A DNA stretch of 64,000 nucleotides, taken from contig OZ242005.1 in assembly GCA_965204725.1 (NCBI GenBank), forward strand, positions 1,504,001-1,568,000, given 5' to 3'. This document shows positions 38,605 through 48,139 of this stretch, one piece after another. Position numbers and translations under genes: made by a program. The notes below the pieces were generated by a model, which saw only the letters and a program-made list of their open reading frames with translations, was not told the DNA's origin and ran no database searches. This stretch comes from Candidatus Latescibacterota bacterium. GTDB lineage: Bacteria > Latescibacterota > UBA2968 > UBA8231. The stretch's first letter is position 1; the number at the start of each line of letters is the position of its first letter.

Positions 38605-40860
38605 TTAGTCTAGACGCTCTAGGGCCGGGGCCTCTTCGCGGACCCGGTATATCCCATTGGCCTCCACGTCGGTAAAAATTTGCACGGTGCCTGACGGCCA
38701 GTGCAAAGTCAGCGTGTCGAGCACCCCCGCTTTTCCCAACCCAATCTCCTGTTGTAAGGTCGAAGCTCCAAAACTCGCGCCCGTGCCGGCGAGGACGTGG
38801 ATGGTCCGCGTTCCGGCGCGCGCTTGAATCCGCGTCCCGATTCCGGCGCGATTCGACTGGGTGCCCTCCAACTTGAGGGTGATCCAGTGGTTGCCGTGCC
38901 CGGGGTTTGCAAAGAGCACATTGGTGTACACGTCCCCGGAATAGGCCCCGCCGATCACGGCGTAGATGTCCTGATCCCCGTCGTTGTCTATATCGCCGAA
39001 GGCGACGCCGTGTCCCTTTTGCAGGTGTCCGAAGCCGCCGGACGTGGTCACGTCTTCAAAACGCTGCCCGCCGGCGTTGCGAAACATTCGGTTGGGCATC
39101 AGCGCCCGGTAGTCTGGGTCGCCGGTGCCAACGTAGAAGTCGAGCCAGCCGTCGTTGTCGAGGTCGCCGAAGTTGCAGCCCATCGTGTAGAGGACTTTGT
39201 CGCTGTGGGTCTGTTCGGCCCTATCGACGAAGGTGCCGTCGCCTTGGTTGCGGTAGAGGCGGGGCGGCTCGCCTTTGTGCGGCAGACCCATGTAATCGGC
39301 GGCCACATCGCCGGCGTCGGCCTTGTAGCCAGAGACGAACAGGTCGAGCCAGCCGTCGTTGTCGTAGTCCCAAAACCACACCGGAAAGCTGAACGTCGGT
39401 TGGCTCACGCCCGCGCGGGCGGTGATGTCGGAGAAGCGCCAGCGGCCGTTGGCGTCTGGGCCGTCGTTGTGGAAGAGTAGATTGGGTTGTCCGAGGCGGG
39501 AGATGTACAGGTCGGGCCGGCGGTCGTTGTCTATGTCGCCCCAAGCGACCCCTTTGACAAAGCCTATTACATCTAGGCCGACGGCCGCTGCTACATCGAC
39601 AAAGGTGCCGTCGCCTTGGTTGTGGAACAACTCGCAGGGATGCCGCTGTTGGGCCGAGGACTCGTTGCCCACGAACAGGTCGAGGAAGCCATCGTTGTCG
39701 AAGTCGGCCCAAGCCGCTGTCTGCGTTGGGTGCAAGGTAAGCAGCCCGGCCGCTTGGGTTACGTCGGCGAAAGTGCCGTCGCCTTGGTTGCGCAATAGGG
39801 AGTTGGGATGCAGCCCGTCGGCCCCAAACCAGCCGCCGCGCAGGATGAGCACATCGGCAAAGCCGTCGTTGTCAAAGTCCGTCTGCACGGCGTTGAGGCC
39901 GCCGACTAGGCCGGTCAAGCCCGCCGCGGCCGTGCGCTCGGCAAAGGTGCCGTCGCCTTGGTTGCGGAAGTAGCGCAGTGGATCGCTGAGGCCCCAAGAA
40001 GTGGCCATGATGTCGGGGAAGCCGTCGTTGTCAAAGTCTTCCATAATGCCGCCCCCGGCCAAGCCGAGGACATTCAACCCGAGGGCCGGGGCTTGGTCGG
40101 GGAAGCGACCAATATCGGCGTCAGGGGCAAAGACGGCCGGGGGAATGAGGTGGGCGGCTGGCACCGCGTGCGGATATTCGCCCACGGTCATATAGGCGAT
40201 GTTGAGCAACCAGCGCGAGGTTAGGTCGTAGGGTTTTTTGGTCAACACGGTGCGGTAGTAGGTAATGGCTGCTCGCGAGCCGTCTTGCATCTTGTGGACG
40301 CCCTCGGCCTCAATGGGCAGTAGGCAGGAAGCGAGGTTGTGGTCGTGGATGCAGTTTTGCTGCTCGCCGAGCCGCAAATAGGCGAGGGCGATCATCTCGT
40401 TGAGGCTCGGCCGGGTGCGGAAGCGGTGGGCGTCGGCTTGGGCGCGCACTTGCTCGAACAGGGTGGCCGCCTCGGCGGACGCGCCGGCGCGCAACAGCTC
40501 TTTGGCCAGCTCGACCTGTTGGCTGAGTTGTTGCACCGGATCGGCTGGGGTCGGCTGGCGGCGCAGCCAGTCAACCCGGCGTTGACTCAAGTAGATGTTG
40601 TCCGCGGCGTTGGCCTGCTCGGCGAGGGCGGCGAGTTGCTCGGCCATGCGCTGAGTGCCGGGGGACTGATAGGGATCGGGTGTGCAACTCGCTAGCGCGA
40701 GGACCAAGATGGCGATGAGGCTTACTACCCGACACCAACCGCTCGCCTGCCAAGGATCGAGGGCATCTTGCCCTCGTCGAGGGCGGGACGCCCTCGATCC
40801 CGGACGCAGCAGAAACCGCAGAAAATGCCGACTCAAAATAAGGATCGCGTACTTAGGCAC
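38605..40860 (-). CDS. CRTAC1-family lipoprotein (start uncertain; 5' end overlaps a repeat element)
   Basis: Lipobox 'LASC', 'LRLGEQQNC', repeated DFDNDG, 'GHLQKGHGV', ASPIC/UnbV C-terminus. Confidence 0.85.
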   Translation of the reverse strand: MPKYAILILSRHFLRFLLRPGSRASRPRRGQDALDPWQASGWCRVVSLIAILVLALASCTPDPYQSPGTQRMAEQLAALAEQANAADNIYLSQRRVDWLRRQPTPADPVQQLSQQVELAKELLRAGASAEAATLFEQVRAQADAHRFRTRPSLNEMIALAYLRLGEQQNCIHDHNLASCLLPIEAEGVHKMQDGSRAAITYYRTVLTKKPYDLTSRWLLNIAYMTVGEYPHAVPAAHLIPPAVFAPDADIGRFPDQAPALGLNVLGLAGGGIMEDFDNDGFPDIMATSWGLSDPLRYFRNQGDGTFAERTAAAGLTGLVGGLNAVQTDFDNDGFADVLILRGGWFGADGLHPNSLLRNQGDGTFADVTQAAGLLTLHPTQTAAWADFDNDGFLDLFVGNESSAQQRHPCELFHNQGDGTFVDVAAAVGLDVIGFVKGVAWGDIDNDRRPDLYISRLGQPNLLFHNDGPDANGRWRFSDITARAGVSQPTFSFPVWFWDYDNDGWLDLFVSGYKADAGDVAADYMGLPHKGEPPRLYRNQGDGTFVDRAEQTHSDKVLYTMGCNFGDLDNDGWLDFYVGTGDPDYRALMPNRMFRNAGGQRFEDVTTSGGFGHLQKGHGVAFGDIDNDGDQDIYAVIGGAYSGDVYTNVLFANPGHGNHWITLKLEGTQSNRAGIGTRIQARAGTRTIHVLAGTGASFGASTLQQEIGLGKAGVLDTLTLHWPSGTVQIFTDVEANGIYRVREEAPALERLD
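40722..40854. repeat. REP/MITE-like element, copy 2 (two hairpins)
   Basis: CGAGGGC-atctt-GCCCTCG and CGAGGGC-gggac-GCCCTCG. Same TTACTAC...TCGCGTACTT ends as copy 1. Confidence 0.75.
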
Positions 40861-40880
40861 AGGGATTCATTCCGCGGCTT

Positions 40881-43784
40881 TTACTTGATCAAGGTCAGGT
40901 GTTTGGTGGCCCGGTAGGCTCCGGCGTGGAGTCGGTAGAAATAGGGGCCGCTGGCGACCGCGTGGCCGGCGTCGTCGCGTCCATCCCACTCGGAGCGGTA
41001 GCGGCCGGCCGCGAGTGGGTGGGAGACCAAGGTGCGGACCTTTTGGCCGATCGCGTCGTAGATGGCTAATTCGACCGCGGCTGGGGCGGCTAGCTGGAAT
41101 TCGATGGTCGTGACCGCATTGAAGGGGTTGGGGTAGTTCTGGTCGAGGGCAAAGGCCGCTGGGGGGACTGCTTTGGCCGGGGCCGCGTCTAGATTAGCGA
41201 TCCAGGCTGCGATGAGATCGGCTCCTTGTTGGTCGATGACGGACGAGGCCAGCGGCGGCATGCGAAAGGTGCCCAACGTCAGCAGCCGCAGATAGAGCGT
41301 GGAAAGCTGCGGGGCACCGGGGGTGAGGATGAGGGCCTCGGGCTCGCCCAAGTCGCCGAGCGTGGGGAACGCGCCAACCGCATTGGTTTCGGCTAAGGGC
41401 GTGTCGTAGCGCAGGTCGAGGATGGTGCGGCCGACGCTTTCGGGCCGGTGGCACGGTGCGCAGTTGACGTGCAGGTACGAGCGGGCGCGCAAGTTGAGCG
41501 GGACGCTGGGGTCAAAGGGGTTGGGCAGGCGGGGCAAGGAGGACAGGTCGGCTGGCAACTCTGCGGTGAAAAGGCCCTGTTGGGCGAGGGTGTGCAACTG
41601 GTTTTGCTCCGCGCTGGTGTTGAGCTGGGGCGTTTGGACGCCGAGGACATGGCCCGCGCCCTTGGTGTGGCAGACTGTGCAGTCTGGGCGCGAGGGAAAG
41701 TAGTACTCCTGCAAGAGAAAGCCCACTGGGTCTTGCGGGTCGTCAATCACATATACAGCGGTCGTGCTGTCGGCGAGCAAAAAGGCGTCGGTGCCGGATT
41801 CGTTCCACTGATAGCTATATCCGTCCCAACCATGCTCGCGCTTGAGGAGGAAGCGCGTTTCAATGATGCGCCGACTGGCTGGGTCGCCGCGCACCAAGTC
41901 GAGGTAAAAGTTCTTGATCAGGAGGGTCTGGTCGGGAAAGCCCCAAGGGCCGCGGTCGGCAAAGTCAATGCGCTGGCCGGGCGGCAGGCGAATAAACCGC
42001 GTTTTGGTCGCGCCGTCGGACCAAAACGGCGCGTTGACTTGGTATGGGACTACGCCGGCCGCTGGGGTTTGCGTCGCCAGATCGCTGAAAACCTGTGCGT
42101 CGGCCAAGCGGGCGGGCGGGAACTCTGCCGGGGGCAGGACGATTTCCCACAGCCCGCGCTTGCCGCCCCATTCGATCACGTAGAGGCGATGGCCGATGAT
42201 TTCCGCGTCAATGGGGTTGGAAAACCCGCCTACGAGACGGGTGACGTGCGCTTCGTACTGGTCGCCGACTTTGGTCAAATCGAGGTGCAGCAAGTCTTCA
42301 CTGGGGTCGTTGAACGGGCCGTTGACGCTGTCGCCGTTGGGGTCGCCGGGCGTCCAACTGAGCGTGAAGCCGTCGCCGCGGAACGGCTCGGCGAGGGCGT
42401 GGTCACGGTCGAACACCAAGCCGAGCGGCGAGCGGTGCGCGGTGAAGGTGCCGAAGCGTACGCCCTCGTCGCTGGCGTCTTTGATGCGACCGTCGGCGGG
42501 ATCGCGGTAGGCGTCGGCGTCGGGGCCGAGGTTGATCACTGGGTCGGTGAAAGCGCGTGGCGGGGGCGGGTATGAGGGATCGTTGTGGTAGTAGCCTTCG
42601 CGCACGGCCGTGGAGTGCGGGGAGAGCAGGAAGTCGGTGGCTGGGTCGTAGTCGGGAAATTGCTGGGGGGTGTCTTCGAGTCCCATGCGCCACGGGAAGC
42701 CGTAGTGATGGCCTTGGCGCAGCCAGTTGAGTTCCTCGGCCATGTCGCGGCCCGGCCCGTTTTCCGTGGCGAAGAGGTCGCCGTTGGGTGCGAAGGCAAG
42801 GTCGTAGGCGTTGCGCAGCCCTTCGGCAAAGAGGAAGCCTTGGTCGAGCAGGGCATAGCGGTCGTTGGGCAGGACGAGGTCGCGGGCATCGGTGGGGACG
42901 CGCAGGATAATCGCGGTGAGCGCGGTTTCGCGCAGCCCGGGGAAGGCTCCGTTGCCGTCTTGGATTTCGCCGTGATCGGTGCGGGAGCCGCTGTTGATGA
43001 ACAGGGAGCGGTTGTCCGGGCTGACGACTAGTCCGTTGACCTCGTGATTGTAGATGCAGTCGCACCGCGCGTAGGGGACGGTTTCCGCGAGGGTGAACCA
43101 AGTGCGCTCGCCGCTGGTTGGATCGACCTCGCCCTTGGTGATGGTGGCGATGTTGTAACCGGACAGGTCGATGCGCTTGAGGACGTAGAAGGTGCCGTCG
43201 TCGTCGATGAACAGCGCGCTGGGGCGGTTGAGGCCGTGATCGGCTGCTGTGTACACTGTGCCCTCTGGGACGAGGGTAATGTCGCCGTTGGGCTTGAGCG
43301 CGTAGCGGATGTTGGTCGTGAGATCGCGACCAAAAACGGTTGCGGCGAGGATGTCGTCGATGGGGATGTCGTCGGGGAGGTTGTCCGGGTTGAGCGGTTC
43401 CCATTGCCGCTGGTGGGGGTCGTCGCCGAGCAACACGCCGCGTGCGAGGGCAAATTGACCGCTGTCGCGGGGACCGTGGCGGTTGGACGCCAAGTAAAAC
43501 GAGCCGTCCGGGCCGATGGCAAAGCCGGTGAAGCCGCTGCGGATGCCGTGATCGCGGTGGGAATAGGCTGGGACGCGCTCGGCCGCCGCTAGGTCGATGC
43601 ATTCAATCGCGCCGTCCTGCCGCAAGAGATAGAGCGCGTCGTCGTGCGGATCTTTGGCGATGCGGATGGTGCCTTGGGCGACGCCGAGGATGCGGCGGAT
43701 TTCAAGGTCGTCGCGGGTGGCCTGCGGGTCGGCGTAAGCAGTGGAGCAGAGGACGACGAGCGCGCCGAGGACCGCAAGGTTCAT
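40881..43784 (-). CDS. PQQ-dependent sugar dehydrogenase-like (GSDH) propeller + di-heme c domain + FlgD/CTD
   Basis: 'GSRTDHGE', 'AEGLRNAYD', 'EELN.L..G.HYGFP'. Then 'FWSDGATKTR', CTVCH and CAPCH, 'MPPL'. Ends 'NYPNPFN...LTLIK'. ATGA overlap start. Confidence 0.8.
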   Translation of the reverse strand: MNLAVLGALVVLCSTAYADPQATRDDLEIRRILGVAQGTIRIAKDPHDDALYLLRQDGAIECIDLAAAERVPAYSHRDHGIRSGFTGFAIGPDGSFYLASNRHGPRDSGQFALARGVLLGDDPHQRQWEPLNPDNLPDDIPIDDILAATVFGRDLTTNIRYALKPNGDITLVPEGTVYTAADHGLNRPSALFIDDDGTFYVLKRIDLSGYNIATITKGEVDPTSGERTWFTLAETVPYARCDCIYNHEVNGLVVSPDNRSLFINSGSRTDHGEIQDGNGAFPGLRETALTAIILRVPTDARDLVLPNDRYALLDQGFLFAEGLRNAYDLAFAPNGDLFATENGPGRDMAEELNWLRQGHHYGFPWRMGLEDTPQQFPDYDPATDFLLSPHSTAVREGYYHNDPSYPPPPRAFTDPVINLGPDADAYRDPADGRIKDASDEGVRFGTFTAHRSPLGLVFDRDHALAEPFRGDGFTLSWTPGDPNGDSVNGPFNDPSEDLLHLDLTKVGDQYEAHVTRLVGGFSNPIDAEIIGHRLYVIEWGGKRGLWEIVLPPAEFPPARLADAQVFSDLATQTPAAGVVPYQVNAPFWSDGATKTRFIRLPPGQRIDFADRGPWGFPDQTLLIKNFYLDLVRGDPASRRIIETRFLLKREHGWDGYSYQWNESGTDAFLLADSTTAVYVIDDPQDPVGFLLQEYYFPSRPDCTVCHTKGAGHVLGVQTPQLNTSAEQNQLHTLAQQGLFTAELPADLSSLPRLPNPFDPSVPLNLRARSYLHVNCAPCHRPESVGRTILDLRYDTPLAETNAVGAFPTLGDLGEPEALILTPGAPQLSTLYLRLLTLGTFRMPPLASSVIDQQGADLIAAWIANLDAAPAKAVPPAAFALDQNYPNPFNAVTTIEFQLAAPAAVELAIYDAIGQKVRTLVSHPLAAGRYRSEWDGRDDAGHAVASGPYFYRLHAGAYRATKHLTLIK

Positions 43785-45705
43785 TTGAGCAGCATAAGCT
43801 GCCGGGTGGCGACAAAATCGCCGGCCGATAGCCGGTAGAGATACGCGCCGCTGGCTACCCGCTCGCCGCGCTCGTCGCGGCCGTCCCATTGCTGGCTGTG
43901 CGGCCCGGCGGGCAGAGCACCGCTGAATAGGGTGCGTACGCGCTGCCCGCCCACGCTGTAAATGCTCAATTCGACTTGGGACGGCAGCCCGAGTTGGAAG
44001 GCAATGGTGGTGCTGGGGTTAAAGGGGTTGGGGAAGTTTTGCGCCAATGCAAACGCGGCGGGCACCACGCCTTCGGCCTCGGCCACAGCGGTCTCGGTAG
44101 CTTGCGGCAGGGTGATTTCCCACAGCCCGCGCTTGCCGCCCCATTCGATCACGTAGAGGCGATGGCCGATGATTTCCGCGTCAATGGGGTTGGAAAACTC
44201 GCCTACGAGACGGGTGACACGCGCTTCGTAATTGTCGCCGACTTTGGTCAAATCGAGGTGCAGCAAGTCTTCACTGGGATCGTTGAACGGGCCGTTGATG
44301 CTGTCGCCGTTGGGGTCGCCGGGCGTCCAACTGAGCGTGAAGCCGTCGCCGCGGAACGGCTCGGCGAGGGCGTGGTCCATGTCGAACACCAGTCCCAACG
44401 GCGAGCGGTGCGCGGTGAAGGTGCCGAAGCGTATGCCCTCGTCGCTGGCGTCTTTGATATGGCCGTCGGCTGGATCGCGGTAGGCGTCGGCGTCGGGTCC
44501 GAGGTTGATCACCGGGTCGGTGAAAGCGCGTGGCGGTGGGGGGTATGAGGGATCGTTGTGGTAGTAGCCTTCGCGCACGGCCGTGAACCCGGCCGGGAGG
44601 AGGGAATCGGTGGCTGGGTCGTAGTCGGGAAATTGCTGGGGGGTGTCTTCGAGTCCCATGCGCCACGGGAAGCCGTAGTGGTGCCCTTCGCGCAGCCAGT
44701 TGAGTTCCTCGGCCATGTCGCGGTCCGGCCCGTTTTCCGTGGCGAAGAGATCGCCGTTGGGCGCGAAGGCGAGGTCGTAGGCGTTGCGTAGCCCCTCGGC
44801 AAAGAGGAAGCCGGCCGTGCGGAGGGCGTCGTGGTCGTTGGGCAGGACGAGGTCGCGGGCATCGGTGGGGACGCGCAAGACAATCGCGGTGAGGGCGGTT
44901 TCGCGCAGCCCGGGGAAGGCCCCGTTGCCGTCTTGGATTTCGCCGTGATCGGTGCGGGAGCCGCTGTTGATAAACAGGGAGCGGTTGTCTGGGCTGACGA
45001 CCAGTCCGTTGACATCGTGGTTAAAGATGCAGTCGCACCGCTCGTAGGGGGCGGTTTCTGCGAGGGTGAACCAAGTGCGCTCGCCGCTGGTTGGATCGAC
45101 CTCGCCCTTGGTGATGGTGGCGATGTTGTACTTGGATAGGTCAATGCGCTTGAGGACGTAGAAGGTGCCGGCGTCGTCGATAAACAGTGCGCTGGGGCGG
45201 CTGAGGCCGTGGTCGGCTGCTGTGTACACTGTGCCTTTTGGGACGAGGGTAATGTCGCCGTTGATCCTGAGCGCGTAGCGGGTGTTGGTCGTGGGGTCGC
45301 GGCCGAGGCTGGTCGCGGTGAGGATGTCGTCGATGGGGACGTCGGCTGGTAAGTTGTCCGGGTCGAGCGATTCCCATTGGCGGGTGTCGTCGTCGATCAA
45401 CACGCCGCGCACGAGGGCGAATTGGCCGCTGTCGTGGGGGCCGCGGCGGCTGGACGCCAAGTAAAACGATCCGTCCGGGCCGATGGCAAAGCCGGTGAAG
45501 CCGCTGCGAATGCCATGATCGTCGCTGGAGTATGCGGGCGCGTGTTTGGCGGTCGCTAGGTCAATGCGAGCAATCGTGCCGTCTTGCCGCAAGGTGTAGA
45601 GGGCGTCGTCGCGTGGATCCTTGGCGATGCGAAGGGTGCCTCGGGGGAGGTTGAGGATGCGGCGGATTTCGAGGTCGTCGCGGAAGGCTTGCGGGTTGGC
45701 ATAGG
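42141..45705. repeat. About 1.6-kb direct repeat between the GSDH paralogs (~42141-43735 vs ~44114-45705)
   Basis: Long identical nucleotide runs, e.g. gatttcccacagcccgcgcttgccgccccattcgatcacg at 42141 and 44114. Confidence 0.9.
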
Positions 45706-45760
45706 CGGTGGAGCAAAGGGCGGCGAGGGCGAGGGCAAAGGCGAGGGAACGGGTGAACAT
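43781..45760 (-). CDS. PQQ-dependent sugar dehydrogenase-like (GSDH) propeller + FlgD/CTD
   Basis: Signal peptide. Propeller nearly identical to the downstream gene. Ends 'NFPNPFNPST...LMLLK'. Confidence 0.8.
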   Translation of the reverse strand: MFTRSLAFALALAALCSTAYANPQAFRDDLEIRRILNLPRGTLRIAKDPRDDALYTLRQDGTIARIDLATAKHAPAYSSDDHGIRSGFTGFAIGPDGSFYLASSRRGPHDSGQFALVRGVLIDDDTRQWESLDPDNLPADVPIDDILTATSLGRDPTTNTRYALRINGDITLVPKGTVYTAADHGLSRPSALFIDDAGTFYVLKRIDLSKYNIATITKGEVDPTSGERTWFTLAETAPYERCDCIFNHDVNGLVVSPDNRSLFINSGSRTDHGEIQDGNGAFPGLRETALTAIVLRVPTDARDLVLPNDHDALRTAGFLFAEGLRNAYDLAFAPNGDLFATENGPDRDMAEELNWLREGHHYGFPWRMGLEDTPQQFPDYDPATDSLLPAGFTAVREGYYHNDPSYPPPPRAFTDPVINLGPDADAYRDPADGHIKDASDEGIRFGTFTAHRSPLGLVFDMDHALAEPFRGDGFTLSWTPGDPNGDSINGPFNDPSEDLLHLDLTKVGDNYEARVTRLVGEFSNPIDAEIIGHRLYVIEWGGKRGLWEITLPQATETAVAEAEGVVPAAFALAQNFPNPFNPSTTIAFQLGLPSQVELSIYSVGGQRVRTLFSGALPAGPHSQQWDGRDERGERVASGAYLYRLSAGDFVATRQLMLLK

Positions 45761-45842
45761 GGGGTCCTTTCGGGGAAGGTGAGGATAATTGGGCTAGCTA
45801 ATCGGGCGTTTACGCCAGCGGGATGCTACAGGTTCCGCGAAA

Positions 45843-46259
45843 TCAAAGTTCACTCAAGGCTTCACGTATAAATGTATCCGGCAGTTGGTCCGTATGTGGA
45901 TACCGCTTGCGCCGATGTTTGCCGTTCATGTTGACGGAGCACAGGGCACCGCCATCCGATTCGCACAATAACGCAACTGAACACCGAAACCCACCGGGAA
46001 TAGAGATGGCAATAACCCCCTCCGGCAGGAGTTCCACCAGATATTGACGGGGCAATATGTCATAGGTTGCTCGTATCAGACGATCCGCGTTGGCAATAGC
46101 CAATTCGGAAGGCGGCGCAATGCCTTCTTCTTCGGCCTCGTCGTTTATCGTGTGCAGATCGTGTAGGGCTTCGGCGAGCGGGGCGGGTACGTCTTCTTCC
46201 GTTGCGCTTTTAGCGGGTACGGCATCGAGAAACGCCCTGCTCGTTGTGTCCTGTGTCAT
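45843..46259 (-). CDS. Hypothetical protein (duplicate copy 1)
   Basis: AAAGGAG RBS before MTQDTTSRA. Near-identical to 46402-46836. Confidence 0.7.
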   Translation of the reverse strand: MTQDTTSRAFLDAVPAKSATEEDVPAPLAEALHDLHTINDEAEEEGIAPPSELAIANADRLIRATYDILPRQYLVELLPEGVIAISIPGGFRCSVALLCESDGGALCSVNMNGKHRRKRYPHTDQLPDTFIREALSEL

Positions 46260-46387
46260 GGAACGGCTCCTTTCACTATAGCCTGCCAAGGATCGAGGTT
46301 CCCGTTTTTAGCTTGACGTGCATATTTGCTTGAAAATACGCCCCGCCCCAAAGTCTCGTTCGGAGATATGCTCTGAGGGAGGCTCAT
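46256..46387 (-). pseudogene. Truncated ORF (MSLPQSISPNETLGRGVFSSKYARQAKNG...) cut by a REP fragment
   Basis: ATG follows the stop of 46402-46836. After about 30 codons it runs into gcctgccaaggatcgagg (46281-46298), identical to 40745-40762. Confidence 0.5.
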
Positions 46388-46401
46388 GAGAACCAACCGA
46401 T

Positions 46402-46836
46402 TTACTCCTGTCCCAGTTCACTCAAGGCTTCACGTATAAATCTATCTGGCAGTTGGTCCGTATGTGGATACCGCTTGCGCCGATGTTTTCCGCTCATGTT
46501 GACCGAGCACAAGGCCCCGCCATCCGATTCGCACAATAACATAACAGAACGCCGAAACCCACCGGGAATCCTGATAGCAATAACCCCCTCCGGCAGGAGT
46601 TCGACCAGATATTGACGGGGCAATATGTCATAGGTTGCTCGTAGCAGACGATCCGCGTTGGCAATAGCCAATTCGGAAGGCGGCGCAATGCCTTCTTCTT
46701 CGGCCTCGTCGTTTATCTCGTTAAGATCGCGTAGGGCTTCGGCGAGCGGAGCGGGTACGTCTTCTTCTATTGCGTTTTCAGGGAGTACGGCATCAAGAGA
46801 CGCCCTAAACGCCCGGCTCGTTGTGTCCTGTGTCAT
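46402..46836 (-). CDS. Hypothetical protein (duplicate copy 2)
   Basis: Direct repeat units 45847-46281 and 46415-46858 differ by a 9-nt indel plus substitutions. Confidence 0.7.
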   Translation of the reverse strand: MTQDTTSRAFRASLDAVLPENAIEEDVPAPLAEALRDLNEINDEAEEEGIAPPSELAIANADRLLRATYDILPRQYLVELLPEGVIAIRIPGGFRRSVMLLCESDGGALCSVNMSGKHRRKRYPHTDQLPDRFIREALSELGQE

Positions 46837-46978
46837 GGAACGGCTCCTTTCACTATAGACGCTTCATATCCGATGCGTTTCCGTGGTATTGTGAACACCT
46901 CGGCCAAAACGTCTTTGCCTATGCAATCGGCCCAAATATAGTCTGCCCGGATGCCTATGTCGAATAGACTAGGGCAGT

Positions 46979-47085
46979 CTAGAAGGTGTCAATCCGCGTC
47001 TTTTTGCCGCCGTGGACATGTCCCGAAAAACCGGCAGGTTGTCGGAGTGAAAGATCGTGCCGGGCTGGACGTTGAGGTGGGTCAT
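46979..47085 (-). pseudogene. Chimeric scar: DNA-methyltransferase-like N-terminus joined to the C-terminus of a type IIG R-M gene
   Basis: RBS plus MTHLNVQPGTIFHSDNLPVFRDM, then in another frame VHGGKKTRIDTF*, a 29/30-nt match to 48146-48175. Confidence 0.55.
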
Positions 47086-47105
47086 GGTTGGTCGCCTTTC
47101 TCATC

Positions 47106-47936
47106 TTAAAATGAGTGATGTGAAGATCCGCCCTTCATCGCCATCTCTACTGTTTCGTCGATCAGGTCCATGGGCACAACCTCGATCAGATCTGCCGTTT
47201 CCTTGCCCTCGCCTATTGGGGAGAAACTACGTTTCATTACCATCCCAATTAGCCAAGCACCCGGCACTGCTTGCGTACCCTCAGCGGCCCCCATCTCTGG
47301 CTTTGTTATAACAGGCCCTCCGCTGTTCCCGGGGAATCCAGACCCATCCACCAAGAATGTGTCGTGGTCGCTGTCTATCCACCCTTGAATCTGAGCCAGC
47401 ATTCCGTGCCTCACAATCGGATAGTCTTGTTTTCCTGCCCTCCATCCGATTGGGAACCCGAGCACAAATACTTCGCCGCCTTCGCTAAGGCCAATTTCTA
47501 CGGCATCTGCTCTTTTAAGCGCATTTCCAACTTCTACAACACCTGCTCCCCTTAGCACCTTCCCTCTTGCGGCAAAAGTCTCCCACTGAAGCCCCTTTTT
47601 TTCAAAGTCTTCCCATACTGCCGGGATAACTGCCACGTCAGCTCCTGGGTGCAGCGTCCACTCATTGCCTTCACTCTGTCGAATATTGAAGGTCTGCTTC
47701 CCTTGGTTGCCGGATTTGTTCAGCCGCACCATCATGTCTGGCTGAATAGCGTGTTTGCATGTCACAAGCCAGAGCCTGTATCCATTATGCACCTGTTTGT
47801 CTGAAATAGGATAGGCATATAGAAACCCTGTCGCTGTTTCGGACATTGGCTCTCCTGTTACTAATAATCTTCCTATGCCGGTCATCTCTCCTAGTGCAAC
47901 AACTGATTTCAGATACTTGGGTGGCAATAAAGCCAT
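47106..47936 (-). CDS. Trypsin-like serine protease (no signal peptide)
   Basis: Triad motifs 'VTCKH', 'ADVAV', 'GFPGNSGGPV'. AAGGAG RBS. Confidence 0.85.
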   Translation of the reverse strand: MALLPPKYLKSVVALGEMTGIGRLLVTGEPMSETATGFLYAYPISDKQVHNGYRLWLVTCKHAIQPDMMVRLNKSGNQGKQTFNIRQSEGNEWTLHPGADVAVIPAVWEDFEKKGLQWETFAARGKVLRGAGVVEVGNALKRADAVEIGLSEGGEVFVLGFPIGWRAGKQDYPIVRHGMLAQIQGWIDSDHDTFLVDGSGFPGNSGGPVITKPEMGAAEGTQAVPGAWLIGMVMKRSFSPIGEGKETADLIEVVPMDLIDETVEMAMKGGSSHHSF

Positions 47937-48139
47937 GAGGCATCTCCTTCTTTTGAAAAAGTGAAGGGTCCAGCCGATTGGCGGCCCTAGTCAACTACCT
48001 ATCGCCGCATGTTGTTTCTACTTGGCTAATCGCCTTTGCAGCCCCCTTGACTCGCACAGCCTCTTGGCGGCGATAGACTGCCGCCGCCGCCCGTTGCTGC
48101 TCTCGGCTCAAGCAAAGGACAGATAGGTTGTATCCCACG

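Noticed and set aside
42141-45705. Near-identical repeats as a DGR template/variable pair
   Set aside because: No reverse transcriptase, the repeat is about 1.6 kb and coding in both copies, and the mismatches do not appear adenine-specific.
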